A stretch of 56,764 bases of DNA, the filler included, from Dugesia japonica (Eukaryota), in the NCBI GenBank assembly GCA_001938525.1. It is 6 parts of 6 records of this genome, joined end to end, with 100 filler letters (N's around TTAATTAATTAA, not from the genome) between each part and the next. Parts side by side here need not be neighbours in the genome. Positions count along the whole stretch, not along the records: positions 20,207 to 28,863 come from MQRL01634545.1; positions 28,964 to 37,854 come from MQRL01322976.1; 4 more parts are not named here. One strand, 5' to 3'. This document shows, piece by piece, positions 20,207-32,579 of the stretch. Below the pieces are notes generated by a model. That model had not been told where the DNA came from, did no database searches, and saw only the letters and a list, made by a program, of their open reading frames with translations. The position numbers were made by a program, and so were the translations under genes. How positions within the stretch are numbered: position 1 is the stretch's first letter; the number at the start of each line of letters is the position of its first letter.

Positions 20207-22351
20207 AAGTTTTATAATATTCTGTAAAAAATATTTTTAATACTTTATGTAAGTTTGTATTGGCCGTAAAATTAATTATGTTTTAGAATAAATTAAAGTC
20301 ATTAACGGGATATGAACTTTCAATGAATATGGTGTTGTTCGGATTGAGTTTAGGAAGAATATTTTTTGAGATTATCAAAGTAATTACACAGGTAATATAT
20401 ATCATGTCATTTTCTGTTTTAACATTCCAAAAAGTATCATACATTTTTACCAATTTTACCTCGCATTTTAAATAATTAGGAGAATAGACAAAGGAATAAA
20501 TAATTGCTACAAAGCTATATGAATTGTTCACAAAAATAATGACATTAAGATTAAAAGCTGCTATTGAAAATTATACTTCACATCACAACAAATTATTGTA
20601 ATTTTCTTAACAATCTCTATATCATTGTTTTCCAACCTGGGCGATATCACCCAAAAATTGCAATCAAAAAAGAATCAACAGGATTGAATAAATCAATCAC
20701 AACTCATGAAGAAGAAAAAATTGAAAATTTGCGAAAAAATAAGTTTTTTTGAAAAGATTTTTGTAACTTTAATAAAAAAAATTTGAAACTTCTTTTGACA
20801 TAAGCCTTAGTATTTTTGAAATATTTTAATTTAAAAATCAATTTTCATTAGATTTTAATTGTAATACAGTGTTAAATGATAAAATTATGATAAATCTATT
20901 TTTTAAATTGTTTTAAAACTTAAAAATTATTTTTTAAGTTGTTATTTGGTATTTTTGAATGTTTTAAAATGCAAAATTACAGATTATAAAATTAAAATTT
21001 TAAGTATGAATGTAAAATTTCATTGTTGAAATTCGTAATTTAAATTTTTCGAATTAATTAAAAGAATTTTAGAAATAAATATAAAGTGTTTAAATAAATT
21101 ATATATACCATAAATTGTATAAGGTAATTTTAGGAAGAAACGTTCAGAAAGCAAGAAGAATTTTTTAGAATAATTATTTGTGTTTTAATAAAGTTTTGAC
21201 TTGAAATTCTTATTTTAATTGAATTAAATGAACCAAACAAATAAACCTAACAGTTATTATTTCAGTTTTATTTCAAAAAATTATTTAAGAAGCAAAGATC
21301 AAATGTTCTTAAACCTTATTACTAATAACAGCATTTAAATATGATTTCTTTCATATCGATTGTCCCCAATTTGATAGGCTTGTAGGGATTAATCCAGTAG
21401 AAAATTTACTGCACTTTACAGATGTTTCTATAATCAATTAAGGTGACATTTGATTTAACTAGTTTTTCGATAGGAATCATTTAATCAGATTTGTAGTGGT
21501 TATCAAATTTCTGTTAAGTGAGAGTTATTTTTGGAATGTGAAATGTTTTTATTTTAAAGATGAAGAAACTAATTAAGAAAATATTTTACTTCTGGAAATT
21601 CTGATTTTATCTACTATTATACTACCGATTGATTTTAGATAATTGTAAATTTGGATTTCAAGGAGATTTTCTTGCTCGTTGATATAAGTTTCGTTTGATA
21701 TTGCAGAATTGAAATTGGCTGTGAATTGAGAATAAATATCGAATAATAATATTAAGGTTTTATTCGATTGCTTTGAAGTTTTTGGTTATTGTTCTCATTA
21801 AATTTTCGAAAGTCTCGGAGTCTCGATTAGTTGAATTAAATTCAAAATTAATTCCATTTATAATAGTTTATTTTAGTTTATCGTAAATTATTTAATTGTT
21901 CCATAAATTCAATCAATAAATAATAGACATTATTTAACCTTTGAATCGTTCATATTGTTTAGAATAGAATTAATTTATTGGCAATAGTTTAATTTTTCTA
22001 CAATTCGTTTCCTTTTAATTTAATTTTCCGTGAAAGGCTTTTACTTCGCATTTTCTTGCTAATTGTAATTTATATTGTAATTTTTCTGTTAATTTCGCTA
22101 ACTCCATAATTTTTATATTTATTATTATTATTTTAAGTGGATTCTGTCCCAGTAATAATCTTATACACAGTGGAAAATTTCTAAACGACCCAGATAAGGG
22201 AGACACGTTTTATCAAGAATTAACTATTCTGAATGTTTCAGGCCATTTTAAAGGGGTTTTAAAATTATAAAACTACGCTTTAAATTTTATAATTATTTTT
22301 AGTCCTATTAAATCATAATTATTGAGTAATAATTCTAAAACATTATAAAAA

Positions 22352-22555
22352 TTGTGCTCTGATCTTGCTTGTAAATATGAATATAATGGGTGTTTTGCCA
22401 CATACGTTGAAGAGACTTCTCATATTCTCTGTGCAAAAATTCAAAACGATATTTCTGAACGTAAAAAATTAATTATTAGTATTAAAAATTTTAAAATTGT
22501 GTGTAGAAACTTTAAGAATTATTGGAAGAAGCATTTAATATATGTGAGGCATTAA
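22352..22555 (+). pseudogene. Penelope-type GIY-YIG endonuclease remnant
   Basis: CSDLACKYEYNGCFATYVEETSHILCAKIQND resembles xNLVYKxxCxxCxxxYIGETxRxLxxRIxEH. Confidence 0.55.
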
Positions 22556-22699
22556 TGATTATATCGGTTGGTCTAAAATTTAATGTTCAGGCAAGACTTT
22601 TAAAGTCTTTATTGAAAATTTTTAAATTAATTTGAATTGTTAATGAAATTGTATAAATTGTATATATAAGAACTTTTAAACTGATAAAAAAGTTTGAAC

Positions 22700-24060
22700 T
22701 GAAGATGAAAAATATTCTGTCAAAACATGTCGTAAAATATATTTTCAAATTACGTTTAAAACTACCGCTTCCTCTTTCATATTTAATTGAACTTAATAAT
22801 ATTGTTTCTCTTTTTTTCCTTGACGTATTTATACGTTTTCTGGCACAGAACACAAGTTTTGTATTTAGTTCTCAACACAGTGTCAATTGCTATATCCAAG
22901 CTGCTTAAATAATTGATCCAGCTTTGAAATATTGAATTTATGGATTTCTTGATTTTTGTCATAAAAACCGAATGACTGAAACAATTAGTAGCTGTTTTTT
23001 TGTGATACAATACCTATTTTATGGCTTGTTACTCTCACAGTTCCGTCTTTATTTCTTTGCAATAATACCACTTATATCTAAAATGAACTTCTTTCATAGA
23101 AATGGAAAACATTGGATCAGCGAGTGCTACCTTCAACACATGATTCGTTTCCTTCGTTCATTCCAAGTCTTTATTCCTAGGATCATTTCATAATTGGTTT
23201 AGTATTCAGAGTTTCTTTGCATGTTCGCTGATGAATCATTACTAGTTATTTCACATATCTAAAATTCATCAAAGATTTTTTACATAACTTGGCTTTTTGA
23301 AATTTTATGTCTTTAATTTTAGAATGATTAGTCCCTATGATTTCTTTGTTGACTTTCTGTACCAGGAACTTAATTTGTGTCATAATTGACACTTTTATGG
23401 GTTAATCCTCAGCCCTACTTTACCAATATCGTTTAGTACTTCCTCAATTATTGCATAATGTTGCTTTTAACTGCTCGAATAAATCAAGGTGTCCTTTGTT
23501 TAATTTATTCTACCAATAACTTTTTTCAACATTTACTGGAACATACCTGGTGCTTACGCATTTCTGAAAGACATTCTAGTGAGATATTATTGTCCATTTT
23601 TTGTTTAGAATACTGTTTTTCTCGTGATTTTTCATCTTGTTTTATTTGACATCAAAATAACGGATTCCCTAACAAATGCGACATTTTGTAAAGGTTTGAT
23701 ATTGGAAAACCTTGCTTCTCTGTTGCTACGTTTAACCATTTTTGAATATTTAACTTTTTCTTATATATTTCTTTACTCTATGATGGGCTCGTATTTCTTC
23801 CGTTGGTGATGAAATTTCTTATAGTTTATTCTTTTATTTCTGGAAGTCGTGACCGACTCTTTCCAGTCAATTTTCTGACTACTTGTTGAAGTTTTTGTTT
23901 ATCTGCCTACTGTTTACATGTTTGACCATCTTTCTTTAATTACATACTCTCTTTTATTCTGTTTATTATTTTTCCTTTTCATTTATCTCAAAAGTTTCTG
24001 TTCATTGTTATTTTATTTTATTTTTTATTTTTCTCTCGTCACTTTTATCACGTCCCCACT
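22700..24060 (-). mobile_element. Highly decayed Ty3/Gypsy pol (RT and RNase H)
   Basis: LNVATEKQGFP, TRMSF..APGMFQ, KVGLRINP*KC, KFILD, RYCITKKQLL, WINYLSSLD in colinear order. Confidence 0.7.
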
Positions 24061-24392
24061 TTCTTTACTAGTCTTTATTGTTATTGTATTTCTTTCATTT
24101 TTCTTTTATAATTATTGTTTTTTATCGCGTTTAATTCCATCAATTATAGAAATAATAGAAACTATCAAATAAACCTTAAGCAAATTTTCAGGCAAGTTTT
24201 TCGATTTCCTAATGATGCTTAATAAAATGAATTTGTTACTTCAGTCTTTTATTAGCAAAAGCCTAAAAAATCGTATTGAAATTCTAATTAACATTTTTAT
24301 AAACATAAAATTTTTGTAAATTATATAATTATCTTAATTATAATAAGTATATCTTAAATTATTTTCAAAACAATGATAAACGAATGTTTCAG

Positions 24393-24556
24393 AAATCAAA
24401 ATATTTTTTCCGAATTGAAAATTATCCTTTTGTTTATGTGTATGCATCGAATTTAGGATTTGTCTTTACTACTTATCATCCTTGTAATGATCGCTGGTCA
24501 TTAGCTGCAATATCAATTGTTATTTCATGGACAAACTTAATGTTTTACATACAAAG
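24393..24556 (+). CDS. TRPA-like ion channel exon (S3-S4)
   Basis: TTCAG acceptor, GTAAGG donor. KSKYFFRIENYPFVYVYASNLGFVFTTYHPCNDRWSLAAISIVISWTNLMFYIQ aligns by eye with TRPA1 KRNYF..N..W..AIAV...WMNFLLYLQR. Confidence 0.75.
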
Positions 24557-25109
24557 GTAAGGTTTTGATTTTATCTATTATATATTTTCAATTTAATTTA
24601 TGTATTGTTATTTTATTTTAAATATATTTAATATATTTTCAAAAGTTTTTTTTAGAAGAAAATTTTAAATAAAATTTGACAAAACAATAAGAAAAGATTG
24701 TAGGAAAAATACTGAGAATTTTTTATTTTAGATCTGATATTTAAAATTTTGAATTATCTAAATCAGTGATGCACAACTCGGAATCAGCGACCCAAGTCCT
24801 GAAAAAAAATGTAAAATGTATTTTTTATAGAAATATAATTCTATACAATAAATATTCCACGGAATGCACAACAATTTCCTCCAAAATACTAGCTGCAAAG
24901 TGACACTTTAACAGTGCTATATTAAACTGCCGAAGTTAGATAGTATAGTATAGTAGAACATTGTTACCTAGAATTTTAATAAATTCATAACAAACTACTG
25001 ATGGCTATCCATACAATACTGTCGATTTTTCTTTGGATGTTGTTGTAATTTGGGATGGAATTCTGCTAGTAACTCTTTACATCCCATAATATTATAATAC
25101 ATTATAATA

Positions 25110-25522
25110 TTATTTACATTATAATACTACTATTAATAATTAATATTAATATTAATTATTATTAATATTAATTATAATACTACTATTAATAATTAATATT
25201 AATATTAATTATTATTAATATTAATTANNNNNNNNNNNNNNNNNNNNNNNNNNNNNNNNNNNNNNNNNNNNNNNNNNNNNNNNNNNNNNNNNNNNNNNNN
25301 NNNNNNNNNNNNNNNNNNNNNNNNNNNNNNNNNNNNNNNNNNNNNNNNNNNNNNNNNNNNNNNNNNNNNNNTATTAATATTAATTACTATTAATATTAAT
25401 TATAATACTACTATTAATAATTAATATTAATATTAATTACTATTAATATTAATTATAATACTACTATTAATAATTAATATTAATATTAATTACTATTAAT
25501 ATTGATTATAATACTACTATTA
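25110..25522. repeat. AT-rich minisatellite (~53-bp unit) spanning an N gap, inside the TRP intron
   Basis: Repeats of tataatactactattaataattaatattaatattaatta(c/t)tattaatattaat. Confidence 0.85.
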
Positions 25523-26174
25523 AGCAAACAAATAAACCGAATAAAATTATTTTAGTCATGAAAGAAAATAGTCTACCTATGCTTTGATTACAATTTTATC
25601 TAATAAATATAAACATACATTTATACTGATTACAAATTTACATAATAAAGTACATGAACGTTACATTTTTTCTTTTAAATCCCATTAATATTAGATATGG
25701 ATCATATTACATTAGATAATATTACACTATGTTTTCTGCTTTCATCATTTTTCTCAATTTTCATTAGAATCTCCTTCTCATTCATTGTATTTACTAAAAT
25801 ATTTCTTTTGATGGATTATTATTGCGAGAATAATTGTTGTACTTACTCATTGATCGTATTTGAGATTTCAATAAATTACAGGTTTTTTCAGAAATATATT
25901 CAAAATGTTTCAAAATATATTTAATATAGTAATCTTGTAAAATGTTCAAAATATAAGAAATTCAAATATTCCAATACCCATTTACATTTATTTAAATAAA
26001 TTGTTGTTTTGCTAGGACTTTGTCTACGTACTTCTCATGTGCAAGAACCTACCTTTTGAATTTATGTCCTTATTTCTTAACACTTCATTGATTCTGGATT
26101 TAAGTTCATTCATCTTCAACGGAGCAGTTTTTAGCAAGATCCTTTCTTATGATTTTCAACATGTCTACTGTAAT

Positions 26175-26305
26175 TGTTCTTTTTTTCATTGATTTATTAA
26201 AACTTGAGTATTATCAATATCAATGGATAATGTTTGTTCTTTCGATGTATATACTTTTTGAAAGTTCCATATCATGTAAATTCAAACAAATTTTAAATAT
26301 ATTTT
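26175..26305. repeat. Interspersed repeat copy, similar to 6655-6790
   Basis: Visible high identity to 6655-6790. Confidence 0.75.
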
Positions 26306-27522
26306 GAAACTTTTTAAATATAACTCTGTAAAATCTTCTATCAAAATATTGTTTTTCCTTTTTTATATTTATTTTTATTAGTTCTTAATAGTATTTCGAA
26401 TTTTCGATTTTGTCTTCGTCAAGAATTGATTTTTTGATTTAATCAATATTTATTGTTTAAAAAAAAATTTTTGGAATTAATTTATTTTATTGAATTTTGA
26501 TTTTATTTAAATATTACAAATTACATTAATTTTAGGTATGTAATTAGTATTATTATTATTAATCTTATTTATTAATTTATCTTATGTAATTAGTAATTCT
26601 TGATATTTTCCTGTTAAATGTGAAAATATAGCCTGTTTCTTGTGTTTTTGATTACCTACAAATATCATAGTTCTACTGCGTTATTTTTCACGTGTAGTTC
26701 CATTGTTCATAAACTTCACATCTTTAGAATCAACGCATGTTGCCGACAGTTTCTTTCCTGATTTTGGTTTCTTTGGTTAATCTGTAATGATTATTTGCTC
26801 ACAATCCATTTCGATTCAATTTCTACATTACAGCCAGTAGAAACACTTATAGAAATATTTGTATCTATTTTTAAAAAAATGATTTGGACCTTCTGTTGTT
26901 TTTCATTGTTTAAATACTGCACTTAGCTTTCTGTTTGACTAATTTCTGCGTCCAATTTTTGTGAATTTTGTTTATCTGGTCAACTGCATTCTACTTTATT
27001 GTATTTTCAAATGATGTTGTATTTTCTAAATTATGTTATTTTAATGTTATGATGATATGATTTCATCCGCTTATCGAGAAATTATTTAATAATGTACCCA
27101 TGGATTATTAATTATCAAATTTTCCTCATTTTTCTACAACTTATTCTTATAACCACATTAACCTAAATATTAAAAAACCTGTTTTTTCATTAGAATTAAC
27201 TAAACATGACCAAATTATTTATTTGTAAAATCAGTGATAAGCATTTTTTATTAAATTTAATATGAATATAAACGAATTGTTTTATTAACAACTTTTAATT
27301 TATTTTATTTGATTGCATTTAAACAATTTCATTTCTTGTTTGATAAACTAGATGTCGAAAAGTCGGTTGTTTTATAATCCGGGTTTTAATATTGATTTAA
27401 CACAGAATATATTTTGAAATTATCAAAGTAATCAATTCATTATGACAGATTACGGAGCTTGTAACAAAATAAAATATTAATAAATATATAAATATTAATG
27501 ATTTAAGATTATTTGAATTTAG

Positions 27523-27583
27523 TATTCCAAAGATCGGTGTTCCTATTTTGATGTTCAAAGCAGTTATTAGAACAGTTTTACAG
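27523..27583 (+). CDS. TRPA-like ion channel exon (S4-S5 linker)
   Basis: TTTAG acceptor, CAG/GTAAAA donor. Phase 2 matches the upstream exon and gives (S)IPKIGVPILMFKAVIRTVLQ, like TRPA1 FENCGIFIVMLEVILKTLLR. Confidence 0.75.
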
Positions 27584-28863
27584 GTAAAATAAAACTATTT
27601 TCATATTAGAATAAAAAAATTAATTTTATTAAATTATAGTATTATTATTATTTAGTAATTCAGAAAAAATTATATTTAATTAAATCGTATTCCGTTACTT
27701 AGTTTCATGATTTATGTTAAATTTATTGCTGTATTACTTATTTATTACATTTAAATGAATATCATATTATTTATATTTATTGCTGTATTATCTATTATTT
27801 ATATGTGAATGTCAGTAGGTAGTTAGTGACGTACTGACACAAACGCTTCACCTTAGGGTAGAAAATTTTTTTGTGAAGTAACAACAAAATTTGATTGGTC
27901 GAAATTTTGTATGTGTTATTTTTGTAATGATGCCATGGTTACTTAATGATGACGTTGTGGTTAAGTTATGACAACGTCATGGTTATTTAGTGATTACATG
28001 ATAATTATTTTTGTTTCCATTAATTGGATTTTATAATTTTTTGTTTAAAAAAGTGAAATTAATTAGTTAAGTTTGAATTAACCAAAACTTTAGCAAATTA
28101 ATCCAAGTTAACATTAAGCACGCTCTATGGCAATATTAATATTAATCGCTCCCTTAAATTATTAATGTTAACATTACTCCCTAGCAATATTAAAATCAAC
28201 ATTAGTGGCTTGTCGACTATATTAATATTAAAATATTTACATGAGATTTTTGTTAAAATTAAGTGAAGTTAATGATTTTTTATGATTTCTTTTTCATGGA
28301 AATCAGTGAAGAAGCCTATTGTCGTTTAAATTAACCAAAATATTGAAAGTTTTAGATAGTTAAGCTAAGTACTCTTGAGTGGCTTAAATATTAGATGTTC
28401 CTGTGTTCAAAGAATGAAATGTTCGTTAGAAACATTAATAGTCTAGAGTTTAAATTCTGGGCTACTCCAGAAATTAGATGCACCATAANNNNNNNNTTCG
28501 ATGCTGCGACATTATTTGTTCTCTGACATATATCATTAAACTCTCTGGCATTACATGATCTCTGGCTCGTTAATTTTAGCTGTTTCCTTGAGGAAACGGC
28601 TGCTCTCCCGAGAAAAATATTTATTATTAATATTTATATGTTTAAGTAAAATCCTTCTTTGTCGTGGTATAATTAATGAAATCAGTAAATTATTAGTATT
28701 CTAAGTAAAATTATTATCAATAATATCACTAAAAATTATTTTCATAAATCGTTTTAATAACAGTTTAGTTTTCATTCCATACCATTACATTATCTTCTCC
28801 AACTTGTACAGTCTAACAGAACGCGTCTATAAATAAGAAACTTTAAATAAGAAAATTGTAATA

Positions 28864-28963
28864 NNNNNNNNNNNNNNNNNNNNNNNNNNNNNNNNNNNNN
28901 NNNNNNNTTAATTAATTAANNNNNNNNNNNNNNNNNNNNNNNNNNNNNNNNNNNNNNNNNNNN
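28864..28963. other. Artificial contig linker
   Basis: 44 N + TTAATTAATTAA + 44 N. Confidence 0.97.
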
Positions 28964-29935
28964 GGGACACTAGATAAAATTCTTAGCGGGGTTTTATTAG
29001 GCCAACTACCCTAGACTTATTAGCCTACATTGATAAAACCCCAACAAGAGTTTTGGGTGCTCAGCCGGCATTTGAATAAAATTTTCTTGCAAATCATGGG
29101 GACACGTAAAACCACACTGATTAAATATCCATAACTAAATATTAACTAGCACAATAAATTCGGTAAGGATTGAAAATTCTAAAACGTTTTAAGATGAAAT
29201 GAATTGGCGAAGAGTGTATAGGAATTAATGTAACAAAAGTTATTCCTTAATGCATTTAGTCAAAATATCAAGTACCTCAACAACGACGGTATTGTTATAA
29301 TAATACTTACAGGATTAGTATTAGTCAATTTATTATATAAGATACTGACGTGATAAAATAAAAATAGTAAATAATAATTTTTAATCTAATTTAATATATA
29401 AACTAAATGAATTCAATCTGCAAATAAATTATCAAAATAAAAGTAAAATATTAAGTAAAAGAGACAACGCGCAATCTCTTCTATAAATAACTTAACACAA
29501 CCAAATACTTGTGGTCCTAAAGAGGACAATGGCTCATGCGCAGTTTCGGATTAAGGTAATTTTAGCCAAGTTTTCCAAGCCAGTTTTAATGAAATGCCCC
29601 GATGGAATTCGGCAGACGATAAAAGATAACAGAAGTCAATCTTACTGATAAATTTTTCCCCTCCTATCTTCAAACCGCTACATATCTCTAAAGTGTAATC
29701 TTTAGTTGGAATGTTATATAGACTTTATGATAAAAAAATCAATCTCGTTAGAAAATTTGTTAAAAAAAACTCACTAATACAGCCTCTTTCACCACCTATC
29801 CAAATAATATGGTTTTTGAGGGATTGGTTATTTTGCGACTGATTAAGATTTTCTTCTAATGTTCACTGTATTGTAGCTTGGGGAGTGGGTCCTTGGCAAC
29901 GGTAATTAGCGGCCATTTAATGATAGAAAAGGGAC

Positions 29936-30180
29936 CAAATTCGATCTGAAAAGTTCAGCTAAAATTTCTAATAACATTTAATTTAACTAAAATATTTAAC
30001 ATTAAAAGTTACTTACCATAGGATTATAATATGACAAAAAAGAATTTTTGTTTTCAAATAGCAATCAAATTTGATCTGAAAATTTCGGCTTAAATGTCTA
30101 ATAATAAAATTGAATTTAACTAAAATATTTACCATTAAAAGTTATTTACTATAAAATTATAAAATGGCAAGGAAAAATTT
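29936..30180. repeat. Diverged tandem duplication, ~130-bp period, 2 copies
   Basis: caaatt(c/t)gatctgaaaa..aatttaactaaaatattta(a/c)cattaaaagtta at 29936 and 30066. Confidence 0.85.
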
Positions 30181-31048
30181 TATTGAAGAAGATAAACAAT
30201 TAATTTTAGAATGTTAAAAAAAAATATTAAATTAACAATAAAAATAAACTGAATTAAAACCGTTTCAATTGAAAAATGGGTTAATAATATTAAAGTTGTA
30301 ATTAAATAAGGAAATTAAAGTAAACTAAGAATAATGCGAGTAAAGTGCATTAAAAAAATAAAATCAAACTGAAGAAAGAGTATAAGGGTAAAACTAAAGC
30401 GAAGCAAGAATCTTGAAAGCCAATTAAATTGAAAATAAGATAAAGTAATAGTATGAGAACTGAAGTGATAAAATCGAAGCAAAATAAGAAGACTAAAATG
30501 ATATTGAAGCAAACTTAAGCATATCAAAAATAAATTAAGAAAGTTAAAGTAACGTAAGCACATTGTAGTAAGATTGTNAAGATGAAAACAAAANGAGTAT
30601 AATAAAGAAAAGTGGGCGTATTGTTGTTGAAATAAAACTAAATTGAAAATATTAAAACTAAAGTAAAATCAGCATCTTAAAGTAAATTAAGCACAATAAA
30701 GTGAATCCAGCCCAAATCCAATATATCAAAGCTAATTAAGAATTGTGAAGTAAGCCTAAAGTATGAAAAGAAAGAATTCAAGCTTATTACGATTAAAAAT
30801 ATCAAAAAAACAAAATTAAGCAAAACAAATTTAAATAAGTGAATATATTAGTAAGGGTATTATGGTTAAGAATAAAGCAAATTCAACATGAATAAGAGTA
30901 TTGAAACTAATGTGAACTCCAGATTTTAGAGTAATACGTATGAGCAAGTTAGGAATGTTGAAAATTAAGGGTTCACGGAGAGGTCCTCCTACCTCACGGC
31001 CTGGCTAGAAATATGGATATATAGACTAAGAAGATAAAATTGAAGTCC

Positions 31049-31146
31049 GGAAGAGTTTGCCTGCACTTTGAATGGTACTCTCACATAGCTTATAGATACC
31101 CGGTTGGCCAGGAGAGTTTGCCTGCTACTTAAATGTTACTCCCAAC
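31049..31146. repeat. Pair of ~35-bp direct repeats
   Basis: agagtttgcctgcactttgaatggtactctca versus agagtttgcctgctacttaaatgttactccca. Confidence 0.7.
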
Positions 31147-31692
31147 TCGCCTAGGAGTAAGGAAGGTGAAAAAATTAAATTAACACAATTTACAGGAAAA
31201 CCTAGTACAATAAGGGGCCTCAACTATCATACTTGCTGAGATTAGCAGTTGTGAAATTGGTCTGATCAACCAGACATCTGAGATACAATCGGCTCAGTTG
31301 TCCGCAGCAAAAGCTGCTCGAGTAGATATAACTGTTATAAAATTAGGAAAGCAATAAGACCGGAAGAAAAAGCTAGTCTCGGTGGAAAGCGATAAACCGT
31401 CGACGTCTTATACAAGGTAATGAATCTTAGATGTAAGTAACGGTAGTACACTTACTTCCAGGACGTACTAAGTATACTTCAGGTGACACGATCAATTCAG
31501 ATCTAGGCTTATACAAGTCTCATAGTAGCAACAGCTATTGGTTATAACTAACTAATTCGTCACCAGAATTATTTATTGCGCCTGTGCAAGCAAAATGCAA
31601 ATCACTAAGGCAACGAACGGTATTGCCTCCCTCTGGTAAAACCGACAAAATTTTACTGGTTATTCCAAACAAAAGCAATTTGCAAATAAGTT

Positions 31693-31975
31693 AAGAGTAA
31701 ATTACAAAAAGATATTACGTTTTAGACAGCAAAGGTATAGAAAGATTATTACAGTTCCGAAGCAAATTGCGTAAAGTATTGTATTCCAAGAATAAATTAC
31801 AAAAGGACAGTACGTTTTGGACTCAAAGTTATATAAAGATAATTACAGTTCAGCAGCAAAGTTTGAATAAGTATTGTATTTCAAGAGTAAATCACGAAGG
31901 GTTATTATGTTTCAGACAACAAAATGATACAAAGATCATTACAGTTCATGAACAAAATTACAAAAGATTATATCA
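31693..31975. repeat. Diverged 95-bp tandem repeat, 3 copies
   Basis: Units start aaga(g/a)taaat at 31693, 31788 and 31883; each has aaagat..ttacagttc. Confidence 0.8.
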
Positions 31976-32579
31976 ATTCATAAGTAAAATAAGTAATAAT
32001 ATCTAAAGGGTGAATTACAAAAAGTTATTATTTCTCATAAGCATATTACATAAGTAAATTACAATGGACTGATTGTATCTCATAAGCAAATTACTAATAT
32101 GTAATAAAGCAATTATTAAATCAAATATAAAATTCGACATTAATGAAGTTATAAAAATTAGCTATTGAATTAAGATTCAAAATTGATAATGAAATCAAAA
32201 TACGAAATCAGTCAGTAACTAAACATTCATACGAAGGACAACATCAGGTTAAAATGCGACTTTAAAATGAATCCCCATTGATAGTAAGTTATGAATCAGT
32301 TATCAGCAGAAAATGAGTAGATATTAATTAGCAGTCCTAATAAAGATTTCGACGAGGACGTCGAATTTAAACAAACCGAGGGTGGGTGAAGAGATGAAAG
32401 NNNNNNNNNNNNNNNNNNNATTTAGATTAAAGGGTTAATGGTAGCGGGGGTTTTCTAAAAAATAATGTGTTACAAGTACCAAACATTCGTTGGAGAAAGC
32501 ACAATCGAGTCGGAAATCGTTGCACCAATTGACACTTTTCAAGTAAATTAGTGTGTAATTATATCTTTTTTAGAAATAT

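Noticed and set aside
20564-20752. Possible TRP S1 exon (NYCNFLNNLYIIVFQPG)
   Set aside because: Weak similarity and no convincing splice sites.
22130-22260. Penelope-associated hammerhead ribozyme
   Set aside because: GAAAC is present on the minus strand but there is no CTGATGA core or consistent stems.
32439-32515. Primer-binding site candidates TGGTAGCGGGG and TGGAGAAAGC
   Set aside because: Only short matches to tRNA ends and no defined LTR boundary.
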